Below are positions 1-12,611 of a stretch of DNA of 64,000 nucleotides, one piece after another. A program made the translations under genes and the position numbers. The notes under the pieces are model-generated. The model was not told the DNA's origin. It saw only the letters and a list, made by a program, of their open reading frames with translations, and made no database searches. The DNA lies in NCBI RefSeq assembly GCF_018977255.1, contig NW_024704849.1:62001-126000 (forward strand). Reading direction: 5' to 3'. Every line of letters begins with the position of its first letter. Within the stretch, counting starts at the first letter, position 1. The stretch is from Callorhinchus milii. Lineage: Eukaryota.

Positions 1-120
1 AGGTGGTTTGTTGAAGTGGCACAGTGGCAAATAATTTGGATCAATCCGTTACAATAAAGCATTTTACAAATTTACGTGGATAAAGTTGTTTTTACTTTGT
101 TAGAAATTGTTCTCACTTAC

Positions 121-181
121 TCCGTGTTACTGTTACTTTTGTTCCAGTTCCATCTATATCCCCATTACCAGTCCATGTAAC
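121..181 (-). CDS. NAR-TCR-type J segment (rearranging cluster 1)
   Basis: Reads VTWTGNGDIDGTGTKVTVTR (DGxGT-type FR4), then phase-1 donor A|GTAAG at 120. RSS: heptamer CACAGTC 182-188, 23-bp spacer, nonamer GCAAAAACT 212-220. Confidence 0.9.
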
Positions 182-561
182 CACAGTCACACAGCTTTAA
201 TTCTACAAGATGCAAAAACTCTTCTATCAGATCATGGTACAATAATGGCAACAGTACAACCAAATGCTGCCACATTGGTCAATAGTTTCTATTTCTGTAC
301 CACTATATCGTGTCATCATTTTTGTTTTGTCCGAATCATGTTTATTAAGCATTAATTTCACCCAAACACAGATAATATGCAAGGTAGAGAAAATCTGTTT
401 CTGTGAATAGTTCAATAAATTTCTGCTTGAAATAAATAATTTCGGAAGCAGGCTTTCGACATATTCAACGCAATAAAAGAGGACACAATGATCAACGTTC
501 ACGATCAATGTTTTTTAATGAAAATAGCTGCACGGTATTTGGCCTGATGTTTTCCAACGTG

Positions 562-582
562 GCTTCCCGATATACGAATCAG
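562..582 (-). other. D segment flanked by 12/12 RSSs (cluster 1)
   Basis: 21 nt, CTGATTCGTATATCGGGAAGC on minus. V-facing RSS: CACATTG 583-589, 12 bp, ACAAAAAGC 602-610. J-facing RSS: CACGTTG 555-561, 12 bp, plus-strand GGTATTTGG 534-542. Confidence 0.85.
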
Positions 583-966
583 CACATTGTTTAATGTCAA
601 CACAAAAAGCAGTGGTTTGAAACACTTTTCAAGTTATTTCTGCCATTTACAAATGATCAACCAGTGATGTAAACTGTCAAATTATTTTGAATAATATCCC
701 GGTTGGATTTGCATGCCATCAATCTCTTGCAATTAAATTATTATTTACCTGAATCGCAGCAAACTTCCGATGTCCATTCAAATTGATACTCTTTTCGTAA
801 GAATTCATAAATAATGGAGGTCTCTTAAAGGAAATGTTACTAAACATCATTTTGCATCACACAGCAATGAGGAATGTATATCGAATTGATTGACAAGTTC
901 ACATTTGCTTCTGTGAGTTGGTGAAGGGGCTTCTTGTATTGTCGAAAGCCCAGATACAGCACTGTG

Positions 967-1673
967 AGAGCCCCAGTATCGAGCTTTACAGTAATATGTA
1001 GCGCTGTCTTCAACTTGCAAATCACTAATTTCCAGAGAAGATGACTTCGATTCCTTGACAGTTTTTATAACAAACCGTTCTTCATGAGGGATAAGCTTCC
1101 AATGTTGCTCCGTTGGAAATTGCCTGTAAAAGTCCATGCTGTTGAATGTGTCATCAATGTGCGCTTCAAATAAGCAATTGATGGTCAAAGACCCGCATTC
1201 TTCTCTGATGAGAGAGGATGGCGTCTGCTTTACCGACCGACTTAAAACGTCTGAAAAATATACACAACATGTCATCAGTTTAATAGATCCTGAACACTGA
1301 TCACGTCTACGAAATTAATTCTATTAAAAGTGACGCAATAGATAAAACGTTGATAGAGTATAACATGTATAAATCATATCAATTGAAATACATATAAGTA
1401 TATTGTACAATAACAATATACTTAATAGCAAAGTCCTGCTGTATTTCGCTCACAAGATACACAGCTAATGTACTTTACAATATATTCCGTGAAGAGCTTT
1501 GAGATGATTCAACAACAAAATAAGGCGCTAAATCAATGCAATGATTATTATCATAATTGCTATATTGCACGTGCTAATGATGACATTCAATAGTGCTGTG
1601 TTTTTCTGTGTAATGGAAATAAACACTTACTTTGCAAGAATAGGAAGGAGATGGAGACACAGAGCAGAGACAT
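967..1673 (-). CDS. NTCRV: NAR-TCR V (VNAR-like, CDR2-deleted), unrearranged, with leader
   Basis: Leader exon 1631-1673 MSLLCVSISFLFLQ with A|GTAAG donor. V exon 967-1250 ends ...YYCKARYWGS. 61 residues between the canonical Cys and a very short FR2-FR3, as in VNAR. RSS: CACAGTG 960-966, 22-bp spacer, ACAAGAAGC 929-937. Confidence 0.9.
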
Positions 1674-2159
1674 TCTCTCACCACTGGGAGACACCGTCAG
1701 CCCCGGACACCTCAGAGTGACTGTGAGTAACACAGGGCTGTTCTGTAAGAGCGTTGGAGATTTGTTTTTTTGTGATGAACAGCGTCACATCATGGCTGAT
1801 GTCAGCGGCGTTGAGGGGTGGGCGGTGGGTGATTTGTGGTTGCAAGACACAACTTGAGGAAAGGACTCACTATCTGTGCCCGAGAGGGCGGATGAGGGGG
1901 ATTTGTGGGTGACTCTTGAGCACTCAATTGAACATACAATTGACCAGGAGCCAACGAGAGGAAATATAAACTGACCGTGGGAGTGGACAGAGGCTGTGTA
2001 ATGCAGAGAGTGGCTTCACTGCGAGTTGGGAAAGAAAAATAAAGAAACAAGTGACACCACTTTGGCTTGGAGTATTTCCAATACTGTGACCAGCAGCTGC
2101 TTGTGGAGACTGGTCAAGGCAGCAGGGAGTTAGCGAGATATGAGTGATGATAACTGAGG

Positions 2160-2375
2160 AAGAGCGAGAAATGAGGTTAAAGATTGAGGGTTTGGGGGCA
2201 GTGAGAGGAGCCGTGGAGGGTAGACAGGGTGATACAGGCATGGAGGATGGCAGTGGAACGTTGACCAAGAATGGGAGGCAGCAGATAAGAGGTTTACTTT
2301 ACAATATATCCTGTGAAGCGCTTTAACACGTCTCAGTGACATGCTAAGGCGCTGTATCAAATCCAAGGATAAATA
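2160..2375 (-). mobile_element. Degraded L2-type LINE/SINE 3' fragment
   Basis: Contains the AAGCGCTTT...GCTGTATCAAAT tail motif shared with the local SINE family, plus an adjacent L2-like 3' stretch. Boundaries approximate. Confidence 0.4.
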
Positions 2376-2780
2376 TTTAGCTGTGTCTTGGCCTGTCTGT
2401 CTGTCTCTCTTTCCGTGTCTGCCTGTATCTGTGTCTGTTTCTCTGTCTTACTTTGAAACCTTAGGCAACTTTCCTTGATCCACACACACACACACAAACA
2501 CACGCACAGAAAGAAACACAATTACACGGCTCTGTCAACCCAGCTGTAGGAACCCGCGTGTTTGTTGACTGTTGAATCGCTGTCAAGCGGTAACATTTCC
2601 TACAAAATAATAATAATTTGATTATTTAATCCATGTCTGTGGGTAGAACAAATCCTTTTGTAGGCAAACGCACAAATTGTGTGCCACCTTTCAACTGAAT
2701 AACATACAGTCACTACACTTTACATTATATTCCGTGAAGCGCTTTGTGACGCCTCGATGATACGATGAAGAACTGTACTA

Positions 2781-3096
2781 AATAATAATAATAATAATCG
2801 TTGCATTTGATATAGCGCTTTTCACGTCGGGAGGACGTCCCAAAGCGCTTCACCGAATATACTGTAAAGTGAATTGACTGTATATTTGTGAGCGAACGCG
2901 GCAGCCAATTGCGCACAGCAATGTCCCACAAACAGTCCGTAGATTGAAAATGACCAATTTATTATTGTTTGGTTTTGGAGGGATTATTATTAGGCTCTGT
3001 GTGGAGTAAGGAAACTTGCCCAAGGTTTCGCTCTGCCGGGAATTGAACTCAGGTCTCTCGCTTGCAAAGCGAGTCCTCTAACCACTGAGCTACAGG
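2781..3096 (-). mobile_element. tRNA-derived SINE, near full length
   Basis: Reverse complement of the 7401-7720 element: tRNA-like head ending ~3096, (AAT)n tail at 2781. Abuts an oppositely oriented SINE tail at 2700-2780. Confidence 0.9.
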
Positions 3097-5365
3097 ATAA
3101 ATAGAAGGATTATTAATTATTTTCACAAACGTCATTGGACTTCAGCAATTAAATGATTTAGAGGGTATGAGGAGGTGATGACCAATCGTAGAATAGGAAG
3201 TTTTGGATTTTGTTTTGACTGTAACGATGGACTGGGATGGCAATGCAGTTTGGGGCTTTGTGTGAGGGAGCGGCCTAATTTTTTCTCACCCTTTATGTTT
3301 ATAGTCATAATGTTGCTTAGATTTGTAAACAATTCTTATCACGTCCAAACGCGCTTCACAAATTATACCGAAGAGTTATTTGAGTTTACATTGTATTTCT
3401 AAAATGGATGATCCAATTGTGCACAGCACTGACGCAGACACATCCTAAGATTAACTGATCGAATTAATATTTTGATTGTATATTTATTGCCTTTTGTGGA
3501 ATTTTTTTTGATTTTTAAAGGGATTATTGCCTCCCGGTAATTATATGGCGGCATCTAACCGTGTTTCGGTGGAATTACAGTGTATGTATTATGCCGGCAT
3601 GAGTTGATTTACAAACCGAGCAATTTGGTTTAAAATTACCCGCTAGTCCATGGAGTGCTGGATAAGTTGGACACCATTAATATTCCTACCGGATGAAAAC
3701 CCTCCATCGCAACACTTTCCGCTTGAAAACCACTTCCCAACGTGTTTCCTCCTATTCCCCAGATTTTTCTTCCAGCCAAGCCACCACCTCCCGTCTTCCT
3801 ATCTCCAGACGCCATGTGCGACAACACAAGCTCTGACCCCAAATTGCGACCCTTCCCCGCTCCAATCCATGCCACCACAACCACCACCCCTCCCCACCCC
3901 ACCCCAGTCTACACTTCGCTGCTTCGGCACATAACTGCAGTGCCTAGAGTTTTGGGGTGTCCATCCGAAGTAATTCGCCCTATAATAATGTAACTTACCT
4001 GTTGTTTTCAAGTGTAAGCTGTCATGCTGGTAAGCTGATGGCAACGAACCCTCCCGACCACGGAGGCTGGTCCTCGGTGAACAAGCAGCGAAGAAGCATT
4101 GGCCAGACCATAATATCAATGGCAAGCTATGAGGTTTTAGATGCTTAAACTACAGCAGTAGCCTCAACACAACAATCTAGGCTAACCCCAAGTATTGGCT
4201 CTTGCGAGACTGCTCCCAATACTTAACGGAATTCAGGAACTCTGTATGGAAGAGAGTGTGCATTGCACTCCATCAAACTTTCCTGGGATTTCCATTTGTA
4301 TGTAGAAAGCATTAAAATCTCAGCTCGTTTGATAACTGTTAAGCACAGCGATGAATGTCAGACACCCACCCAGACCAGCACAAAAAAGATTGTGAAATGA
4401 TGTGCCTGTGCAAACGTACGTACGATTGTTCCACCAATTAGATTGAACACGATTGTAGGAATAGTTGTGAAGTCAAAGATTCATTAATCTAGTGGACGGC
4501 TGGTGGGTCTCATATTTAGATTTTCTTATTTAGAACAACATACATGGATTTTCCAGTGCAAAGTGTGAAGCGCTTTGAGAAGTCCCGAAGACATGGTAAG
4601 GCGTTTTTTCAAATGAAAAGGTCAATAGGAATATTAATATTTATTTGACTCTTTCCCTACATGAAGCAGCATATCACTTTTTGCTTGTGGTTGGATACCA
4701 GTCACATGTTTCCTCTGAGATACACAGCAGCAAAGTAGCAATTTGTCAAATAGGTCAACTGTCAGGGCTAACATCCGTGCTAAGATGAAACACATTCGAT
4801 CGTCTTGGATGTTTACATACAGAGGTATATTTGGACATGAGATATCTCGATCGTGTCATACGGTTCCATATCAATCGCAACAAACATTACTCTAATGTCT
4901 GTAATGTCTAAAAGCATGTGGTATGATACATTGTAATAAAAAATAATCTAGCATTTGTTATAGCGCCTTATCTCGTCTTCTAAGTGCCAAAAAACGCTTC
5001 ACCAAATACACTATATGTGTGGACGAAAGTGGGGATTGCAGTTTCTGTGTTCTCTCATCTCTTCCTTGGAGTCAAACAAACAATATTCCAAATCGATTTG
5101 TATTCTTGAATTTGCAGACTACAGTAAATCAATAGAGGCTTGGATTGTTGCAGCTAACTGACTATTTTACTCTGCAGTTATTGTGGCAGATAATGAAGGG
5201 GATTTTCAGCAGACAGACTGACTTGTGGTGCATGTGGTTTTCCCTGAAGCTCGTTGCACACAAAGTCTGACTCTGAACCCACACAGCGTTGATTCGATGG
5301 ATAGACCAAGATCACAAAGACAGGGTAGTTATTGTACGAGGCTGTGGCTGGATTCCATCACTGTG

Positions 5366-6319
5366 AGTATATCGGGAGAGACCGCACAGAGATACACAGC
5401 GCTATCAGACAGCAGGAGCATGGAGACGGATAATTTGGTGACAGACTTGGAAGTGTCAAGCTGAGAAGTGAAACGATTTCCAATTCCATCTCCTTTTGCT
5501 TCATAATCATCTGAATCTCTTCGCACTATAAACTCTGGATGTTTATCTGGGTAATGTCGGTACCAGAAGAGAGAGTACGAGTTCTCAGTAGTGGAAAAAG
5601 TACATTGAAAAGTCACAGTTTCTCCTTCTTTCATAACCATCATTGAATGTTTCTGACTGACAGAGTCCCCACCGCAGACGTCTGTAATACACAAGGAAGA
5701 AAACGATAAAAATATTATCCACTGTGTGCCTGAATTATTTTTTCCGCGCCTCAGGTCCTAATACTAATGAGAAAGGTGCTATAGACCCATAATATGTTAA
5801 TAATGAAATAATAATAATCAGTGTATTTTACTTAGCAGAGCATCACGTTCTTCAGACGTTTGAAAGCGCTGCACCTAATGTAGAATATTGTCAATAGCTG
5901 TGTGTGTTTATCGGCGAAAGGCAGCGGCCAATTGCGCATAGCCCACATTTACTCGTAGAATCAGTTACCACATTATTGTTTGAATTTTTATTGGATTATT
6001 AGACCCGCCAATCCACTAAAAGTGAATAAAAAGTAATTAATACACATTATGTTCAAAGGGTGATCAAGCAAACAGTGTCCTGTTTGCTGCTGGTTAAGCA
6101 GAGACGTGTGAGGAACTTGCATAAGGTTTCGACCTGTCCGGGAATCGATCCTTGGTCCTCTCGCTTCTGAGGCGAGTTCTCTGACTACTGACCTGCAGGT
6201 CTCCCACCTCCAACTGTTACTGAAATGGAGCTGACAATCAGTACAACACTGAATCAGCTCAACACGACCTCACCTGACATAAAGGTTCCCAGCACAAGAC
6301 AGACAGCAAACAGCCTCAT
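5366..6319 (-). CDS. TRAV/DV: TCR alpha/delta V gene, family A, apparently functional
   Basis: Leader 6274-6319 MRLFAVCLVLGTFMS, G|GTGAG. V exon 5366-5681 DVCGGDSVSQ...C...WYRH...YLCAVSPDIL. RSS: CACAGTG 5359-5365, 23 bp, ACAATAACT 5327-5335. Confidence 0.92.
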
Positions 6320-7400
6320 TGCTGCTCCTCAGTCTGTCTGGTTGTGTCTGTGGCATCAGTTACTGATAACCCGCAGTGATGATCGCCATTGGAGGAGCCA
6401 CATAGACCCTCATTGGCATCTCAGCCGCGTCTCAATACAACAACCAATGGTTTTATACAGCGGTATTCACCAGTCACTGGGGGCAGGGAATTCAATCACT
6501 CACTTACTGTTATCGCTACAAGGGGACGTACTAACAGGAAGGATGGTGAGAGCTGGACAAACAGAGGGATCTCTTGTCAATAGCGAAATCAATAACATGG
6601 TTTGTAGTTTTAGGTATTGAGATTACAGCAGGTACCCCAATCCACACTCTGAAGGTCCAAAATTTGGGGTCTTGCCTCATACACTTCAGAATTAAGTTAG
6701 CAGTTAGAGAGTTTACATTCCATTTCAATAATTTATCTTTGAGATTTCCCTATGTAGGTGGGATGCATGGAAACGGCAGTTGGTTTGGATATTCTTAAGC
6801 ACGGTGAATGTTTTGTTCATTTACGATCTCCCACAAAATAAAACAGAGATAGACTAAAACTGCACTATATCAATAATCAACATTTAAAATTATTTCCAGG
6901 GGTGTGTTGTAAATTGTTCTCATTTTTCGCTGGTAATACTGGTGCAGCATTTACAACTTTCTTTGATCATGCACCAAAAAATATTGACAGATTGTTGCTC
7001 TTGACAGCCTTTCCGTCTGTGACGATACGGAAAAGAAAAGAGCAATTAGAAATCTCATTTTCAACAGCCTCATGCAATTTTTGGAGTCCTTCTGAACATG
7101 CAGACCGGATCTCAATCTAATAGTAATAGTAATCCTTGCGTTAGTGATAAAGTGATATCGTGTTTCATCACGCCTTCGAGACGTCTCCAATTGCTTCACA
7201 GAATATATTGTGAATTTACTTTATTTTGTGGGGGAAATGCGGCATCCAATTTCCCAAATTAGTTTCAAAAACAACTGTGGATTAAATTATGTAATTGTTA
7301 GTTTTCTTCTTTTAAATGAATTATTACACCCGGGAAAATGATCCAAAGCACGGGTATTCTTTATTCTTCCAAATTCTCTCAAATTCTACCATAACGTGCA

Positions 7401-7720
7401 GTCCTGTAGCTCAGTGGTTAGAGCACTCGCTTTGCAAGTGAGAGACCTGAGTTCAATCCCAGGCAGAGGGCGAAACCTTGGGCAAGTTTCCTTACTCCAC
7501 ACAGAGCCTAATAATAATCCTCCAAAACCAAAAACAATAATAAATTGGTCATTTTCAATCCACGGCTGTTTGTGGGACATTGCTGTGCGCAATTGGCTGC
7601 CGCGTTCGCCCACAAATATACAGTCACTTCACTTTACAGTGTGTTCTGTGAAGCGCTTTGGGACGTCCTCCCGACGTGAAAAGAGCTATATCAAATGCAA
7701 GGATTATTATTATTATTATT
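7401..7720 (+). mobile_element. tRNA-derived SINE, full length (reference copy of a family with many degraded copies in the window)
   Basis: Head GTCCTGTAGCTCAGTGGTTAGAG (A box)...GAGTTCAATCC (B box). 3' tail GTGAAGCGCTTTGGGACG...GCTATATCAAATGCAAGG(ATT)n resembling L2 LINE ends. Confidence 0.92.
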
Positions 7721-8500
7721 AAGCATGAATATTTAACATCTTGGTTATTTGAAATTTAAGAGTAGATTATCGCCCTCTATTAGTCAGTGTGCCACAGTTC
7801 GGCATCGCTTCATGTTTGATGCAAACCTGAATGAAATCAATGAATGAAATAAAAATCTGTTGTTGTTTCCAGTTGCATATATCAACTGAGGCTTAGATTA
7901 CAATAACTCACGCCGCTCAAACCACTGTAACGGCACAGAAGGTGAAGCCACGTCTCCCACACACTGAGTAAAAATAATATTACTGTTTGCATTGGATATA
8001 GCGCCTCATCACGTCTTTGAGACGTCTCAAGCCAAATAACAAAATACACCGCATAGCGAATTGACTGTTTATGATGTTGGCGAAATGTAACAGCCAATTG
8101 AGCACAGCATTGTCCCCAAATCATTCAATGAATAATTGGCCAATTGTTCAAAAATATGTGCTAAATGTGACCAAAACTTTGATGTATTGTTGAACAAACA
8201 TTTCTGGTTATTATATTTGCAAACGGAAACAAATCAACTGCAACTGGAACTGTGATGGCTAACTGATTCATTAATTGCTGTCTACGTTTATCGCGACAGG
8301 TAATGTTTTGAACGATCAGCTAACAATTTGGTGTCAGGTGAATGTGGTCTCCTCTGATTCTGGCTACAGACATGTCATCTCCTCGAAGGGCTTCAAGGCC
8401 TGACCAAGGTTCCGCACACACTTCAACAGACAGTTCATCGCTATGTTTAAAATTGAAAGCATTTTGTTGTACGAGACTTGAAGTGCAGTCTGTCACTGTG

Positions 8501-9460
8501 GTGAGGCTAAAGGCACAGCAGTACATAGCGCTATATACACCAACAAATCAGAGATGCATAAGCTGGTGGTAGAAATGGATTTGTGCAGTTTAGCATAGAA
8601 ACGGTTTCCAAATCCTGTTCCCGTGACATGACTGTCATTCCAAGTATCTCTCCGAACTATAAATTCGGGTTGTTTGTCTTGGTCATCCCTGTACCAGAGG
8701 AGACCGTAAGCACTTTGAGTCGTAGAATAAGTACATTGCAACGTCACAGTTTCTCTTTCTTTCTGAACCACAGTGGCAGATTTGTGACTGAGAGAGTCAC
8801 CGACACACATATCTGTAATAAACATGCAAGAGCACGACAATATATTATTTACTATTTTTCTCAATTGATATTCCCTTGGGAGGATATCCTTAAGAGAGAG
8901 ATGCTATACATACGCAATTTGTTAAAAATGAAATAATAATAAGCAAAGTATTTTGGTATAGCAGACTTGATTCTGCTGAAAGAGCTACGCAAAATATATT
9001 GTAAAGTTGAATTGCTGCATGTATTTATTGGTGAAATGAAGCACCAAATTGCGTACAACGGTGTACCAATTTTAATCGTGGAAAGAGTCATCAAAATATA
9101 ATTTAGAGTTTTTTCAGCGACTATTAAACCCGAAATATTATCCACTAAAAATGCTTGATAAATTATTATTATTTGGAGGTTATTATTACCCCATTTGTTC
9201 AAACATTGTCCTACTTACTTCTTGGTAAGCAGAGGCGTGTGAGTGGTGTTAGAAAACATGCCCGTGCTTCAGCCATGTCTTGTCCGGGAATCGAATACAC
9301 TTCCTATCGCTATCGAGTCGAGGACACTAACCACTGAGCTACACGTCTCCCTCCCTCCAACAAGTGTTGTTGAATTGGAGATGACATTCAGCATCAAAAC
9401 TGTATTAACTTAAACTGACCTAAGGGTTCCCAGCACCAGACAGACAGCAAACAGCCTGAT
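8501..9460 (-). pseudogene. V pseudogene, family A
   Basis: Leader 9415-9460 with start ATG>ATC and donor GT>TT. V exon 8501-8812 has a -1 frameshift just before the D-S-A-x-Y-x-C motif. Heptamer CACAGTG 8494-8500, weak nonamer ACAACAAAA. Confidence 0.88.
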
Positions 9461-10178
9461 TGCTGCTCTTCAGTCTGTGTGGTTGTGTCTGTGGTATCAG
9501 TTTGCTGATAACCCGCAGTGATTGTCGGCATTAGCGGAGCCACAGTCTCAAGTCACCTCATTCGCATCTCAGCCGCGTTTCAATAGAACAACCAATTGCT
9601 TTCCTACAGCGGCTTTCACCAGTCACTCTCGCTCAGCTCCTGGTAACACTGCAAGCCAAAGCCCTTAAGTACAATGATCATTAAAATAATATGACAACAA
9701 TCCGTGAGTCCGATGTAGAGACTTACCACATTTTCCAGTTATCTCAAAGCGCATCACAGCATATGTGATGAAGTGTAGTGACTCTACGTTTGCGGAATGC
9801 GGCAGATTATTTTTTTGAAAGAATTATTATCGTCAGAAAAGCAATCCGCCAATCAGGTTCCCAACTACTGCTAGGTTCACAGCCGTTTGTGTAGCAAGAA
9901 AACATGCACAACATTTCGCCCTGCCCTGAATTGAACCCACGTCTCTCGCTTGCGATTCACGCACTTTCACCACGGTTATGGCAAGAGTATGACATCGTGG
10001 GATCGTTGAATTCTTTGTGTGACAGTCAGATTTGCTGTCAACGTTATGCTCCCTTTGTGTCTTTATCTCGTCTCCCTTCCCACAGGAAATCGCTGCTGCG
10101 GCCAAGAGAGACAGAAGCACAAACCCACTAAACGCTGATAGTTTTTGTACGAGTCTCTGTCTTGTTCCCATCACTGTG

Positions 10179-11029
10179 TGGTTGGAGAGCACAGTAATAC
10201 ACAGCGCTGTCAGACAGCTCCAACAGGGAGATGGTTAAACTGCTGAATTTTGTCGAGGTTTGGAGCTCAACAGAGAACCGCTTTTCAGCAAAGTCTGCTT
10301 TATCTTTATCACCATCAGAACTCTTTTTAAGCACATAATGTGGTTGTGTTTCTTGTTGTTCCCGATACCAGTTTAAATAGTAGCCGCTCAGAGAAGTATC
10401 ATAATGGCATTCCATGGTCACATTTCCTCCTTCTTTCCCAGTCACTGAAGTCACCTTCTGTGTCACAGAGTCTCCTTGGGTCAGGCCTGAAAGACCAGAA
10501 CATGGAATTATCTCGTTGAGTCGTTAGTGCGCTCGCCTCGCAATTGAGAGGCCTCGGGGTCGATTCCCGGAGTGAACAGGTCAAAACCTAAGCAAAGTTT
10601 ACTTGATGCATATATCTAAGTTTACCCAACTGTCAGAAGAAGCGTTGTTGTTTGTCCGATAACAGATCGCATTCCGGGGATAATAATCCCTTCAAATTAA
10701 TAACAATAACATTGTGGTCAGTCAATTCATGTCTGTTTGTAATACACGGCTGTAAACTATTGGCCGCTGCGTTTCCCACATAAAATACACAGTCACTGCA
10801 CTTTACAGTCTATTATGTGAAGTGCTTTCAGCCGTCTCGATGTCAAATAGAATCGTTATATCAAATGCAAGGAATATTATTATAATGCTTAACATAATGA
10901 CGATAAAATAGAAACCGATCGAATAAGAGTCATCATGGAAAATAATTGAAGCGCTTACTATTGTTACAAGTAATTACCTATTGAAATGGCAGCCAGAGCC
11001 AGAAACACACAGGCTTCTGCGATGTCCAT
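10179..11029 (-). CDS. TRAV/DV: TCR alpha/delta V gene, family B, apparently functional
   Basis: Leader 10978-11029 MDIAEACVFLALAAISI, G|GTAAT. V exon 10179-10486 GLTQGDSVTQ...C...WYRE...YYCALQP. RSS: CACAGTG 10172-10178, 23 bp, ACAAAAACT 10140-10148. Confidence 0.92.
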
Positions 11030-11359
11030 CACTCACTCCCCAGCTGAGCTCTTTTGTTGGTAAGATGTTGGTTTAGATCTGGAACTTACAGCACTGAGAC
11101 AGGTGCCACTTGGTCGCAATGACCTCACTTCCTAATCGTGTGATGTGAAGACCTCCTGGTCATTGTGGGAGGGAAGTTAAAATGTCACAGTTTATCCTCT
11201 GGGGGTGAGGGGAAGGGAGCAATATGTCTCTTTCGAACCAATTCAGTTTGGTCACAGGCTTGGTCATAAAATGTGGATGAGATTTGCAGTTTTCCAGGAT
11301 AAATCAGATGTAGGAAGGGACAACAACCTAAAGAGATTGGGAGGTTAGGGTGAGCATCT

Positions 11360-11480
11360 TGAATTGGTACTCTGCACCCAACCTCTCGAACTGCATCCCG
11401 TAGTCACTCCACCTCGGTCTCTCTTTTGCGTGCTTCAAGACCAATATCAAGACCACCCTCTCCACAGAGCTTTCATCACT
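11360..11480 (+). mobile_element. L2 LINE ORF2 C-terminal fragment
   Basis: Translates to a degenerate SAPNL-NCIP-SL...FKTNIKT motif typical of L2 ends. Confidence 0.45.
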
Positions 11481-12594
11481 CTGCGTCCACATTTGCCCTT
11501 CACCCTCCCCAATCCCTATCCCCAGTTCGGTTCCGAAACGCTGATTGTCCAGCACCTTGAGACGACCTCCAGACGTATAAACCGCTATACTAATGTAATG
11601 TTGTTATTTTTCTGGAGACGTCTCAAATAACTTTACCGACTATACTGCAAAGGTTACTGTCTGGAAAACAGACTTGTGGGTTCTGAATTCATCACAGAGG
11701 TTTCTTGGGACAATACCAAGGAAATATTTAAAGGTTAGGGGGAGCAACTTCTAATCGATCTTCTGGGTACAGTTTTTATTGTCTGGGAGCAAGATTCGTG
11801 TATTCGTGTGTGGGAGACTCACAGTATACAGATCTCTGGACAGTCAGCAATTTGCGAAGTGAAGAAGTAGGTCATAAAGTGAGTAGACAGTTGATGTAAT
11901 CTGGCGTGGATGTGATGAACGCAATGATTTAGATGAAGCATCATGGATCCATACAGCCTAGTCTAATTGAGTAAAGGTTTCCATTGTATCATCAAGGATG
12001 AGGTGACAATCTATCTCTTTTGGTGTTAATTTTTGCACAATATGTGTATAAAGTACGTTCTCATAATTTTATTGTTGCTGAACTTAATTTGTTTGCTGGC
12101 ACCTACAAAGTGAACGGAAATATATTGAGTGCTAGGAAGATTATTATTATTATCGCTGTCCAGATCTGTTTGGATTTGCGTACATGGCAGGCAATATGTA
12201 TCTAAGTTAGTTCTTCATTTCCAAAATTAAACCAATATCGGTGAGCTTTAATCTCCTTCCAAAATTAAATCAAAGCTACTGACCATGTTAATCTCAGCAA
12301 CATATAAATCATGTATTAACTCAACGAGATCAACATAAGCGGGTCTACTTTGTGGAGAGATAGGCAATACAATAGAAAACGTGACACAGAAAAAGCTTCT
12401 TGATAAACCTAAGCCTTTTGTTATTGATGCTTTAGAAAAAACGTTTTGTAATTCAGCTAGAGCAACATTAGTGTGTATGAGGGAGCCAATGTCAACTGTA
12501 AGAGGAAGCACCTGTTACTGCTGCCTAGCTAGTTAGTTACGGAAAGCAACGTGGCAAGTTATGTAAGTCGAATTTATGTGAAATAAGATTTGGT

Positions 12595-12611
12595 GCAACA
12601 TCTGCTGTTGG
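12595..12611 (-). promoter_or_regulatory. CTCF-like motif within a repeated ~450-bp module (variant)
   Basis: Minus strand CCAACAGCAGATGTTGC. Lies in a module (~12200-12640) that also contains AAGCACCTGTT (E-box). Confidence 0.45.

Larger units (their letters stand above)
1..10000. repeat. Segmental duplication, copy 1 (partner 43210-~52600)
   Basis: Position 1 aligns with 43210 and the ORF track repeats at offsets of ~43209-43228. The right boundary is approximate because identity fades near 10.0 kb. Confidence 0.95.

Noticed and set aside
6225-6620. 131-aa plus-strand ORF, 156 aa in the duplicate at 49453
   Set aside because: Antisense to the real leader exon and promoter of the family A gene. 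No domain signature, and its persistence is explained by the recent duplication.
7401-7475. tRNA-like sequence with A/B boxes and a TGC anticodon-like loop (also 3020-3096, 50628-50700 and others)
   Set aside because: It continues directly into a SINE body and an (ATT)n tail, lacks a proper acceptor stem, and occurs in many degenerate copies. These are SINE heads, not tRNA genes.
7396-7722. Recurrent ORFs ending ...VKRFGTSSRREK.YIKC.DYYYY in several places
   Set aside because: Chance frames through SINE copies.
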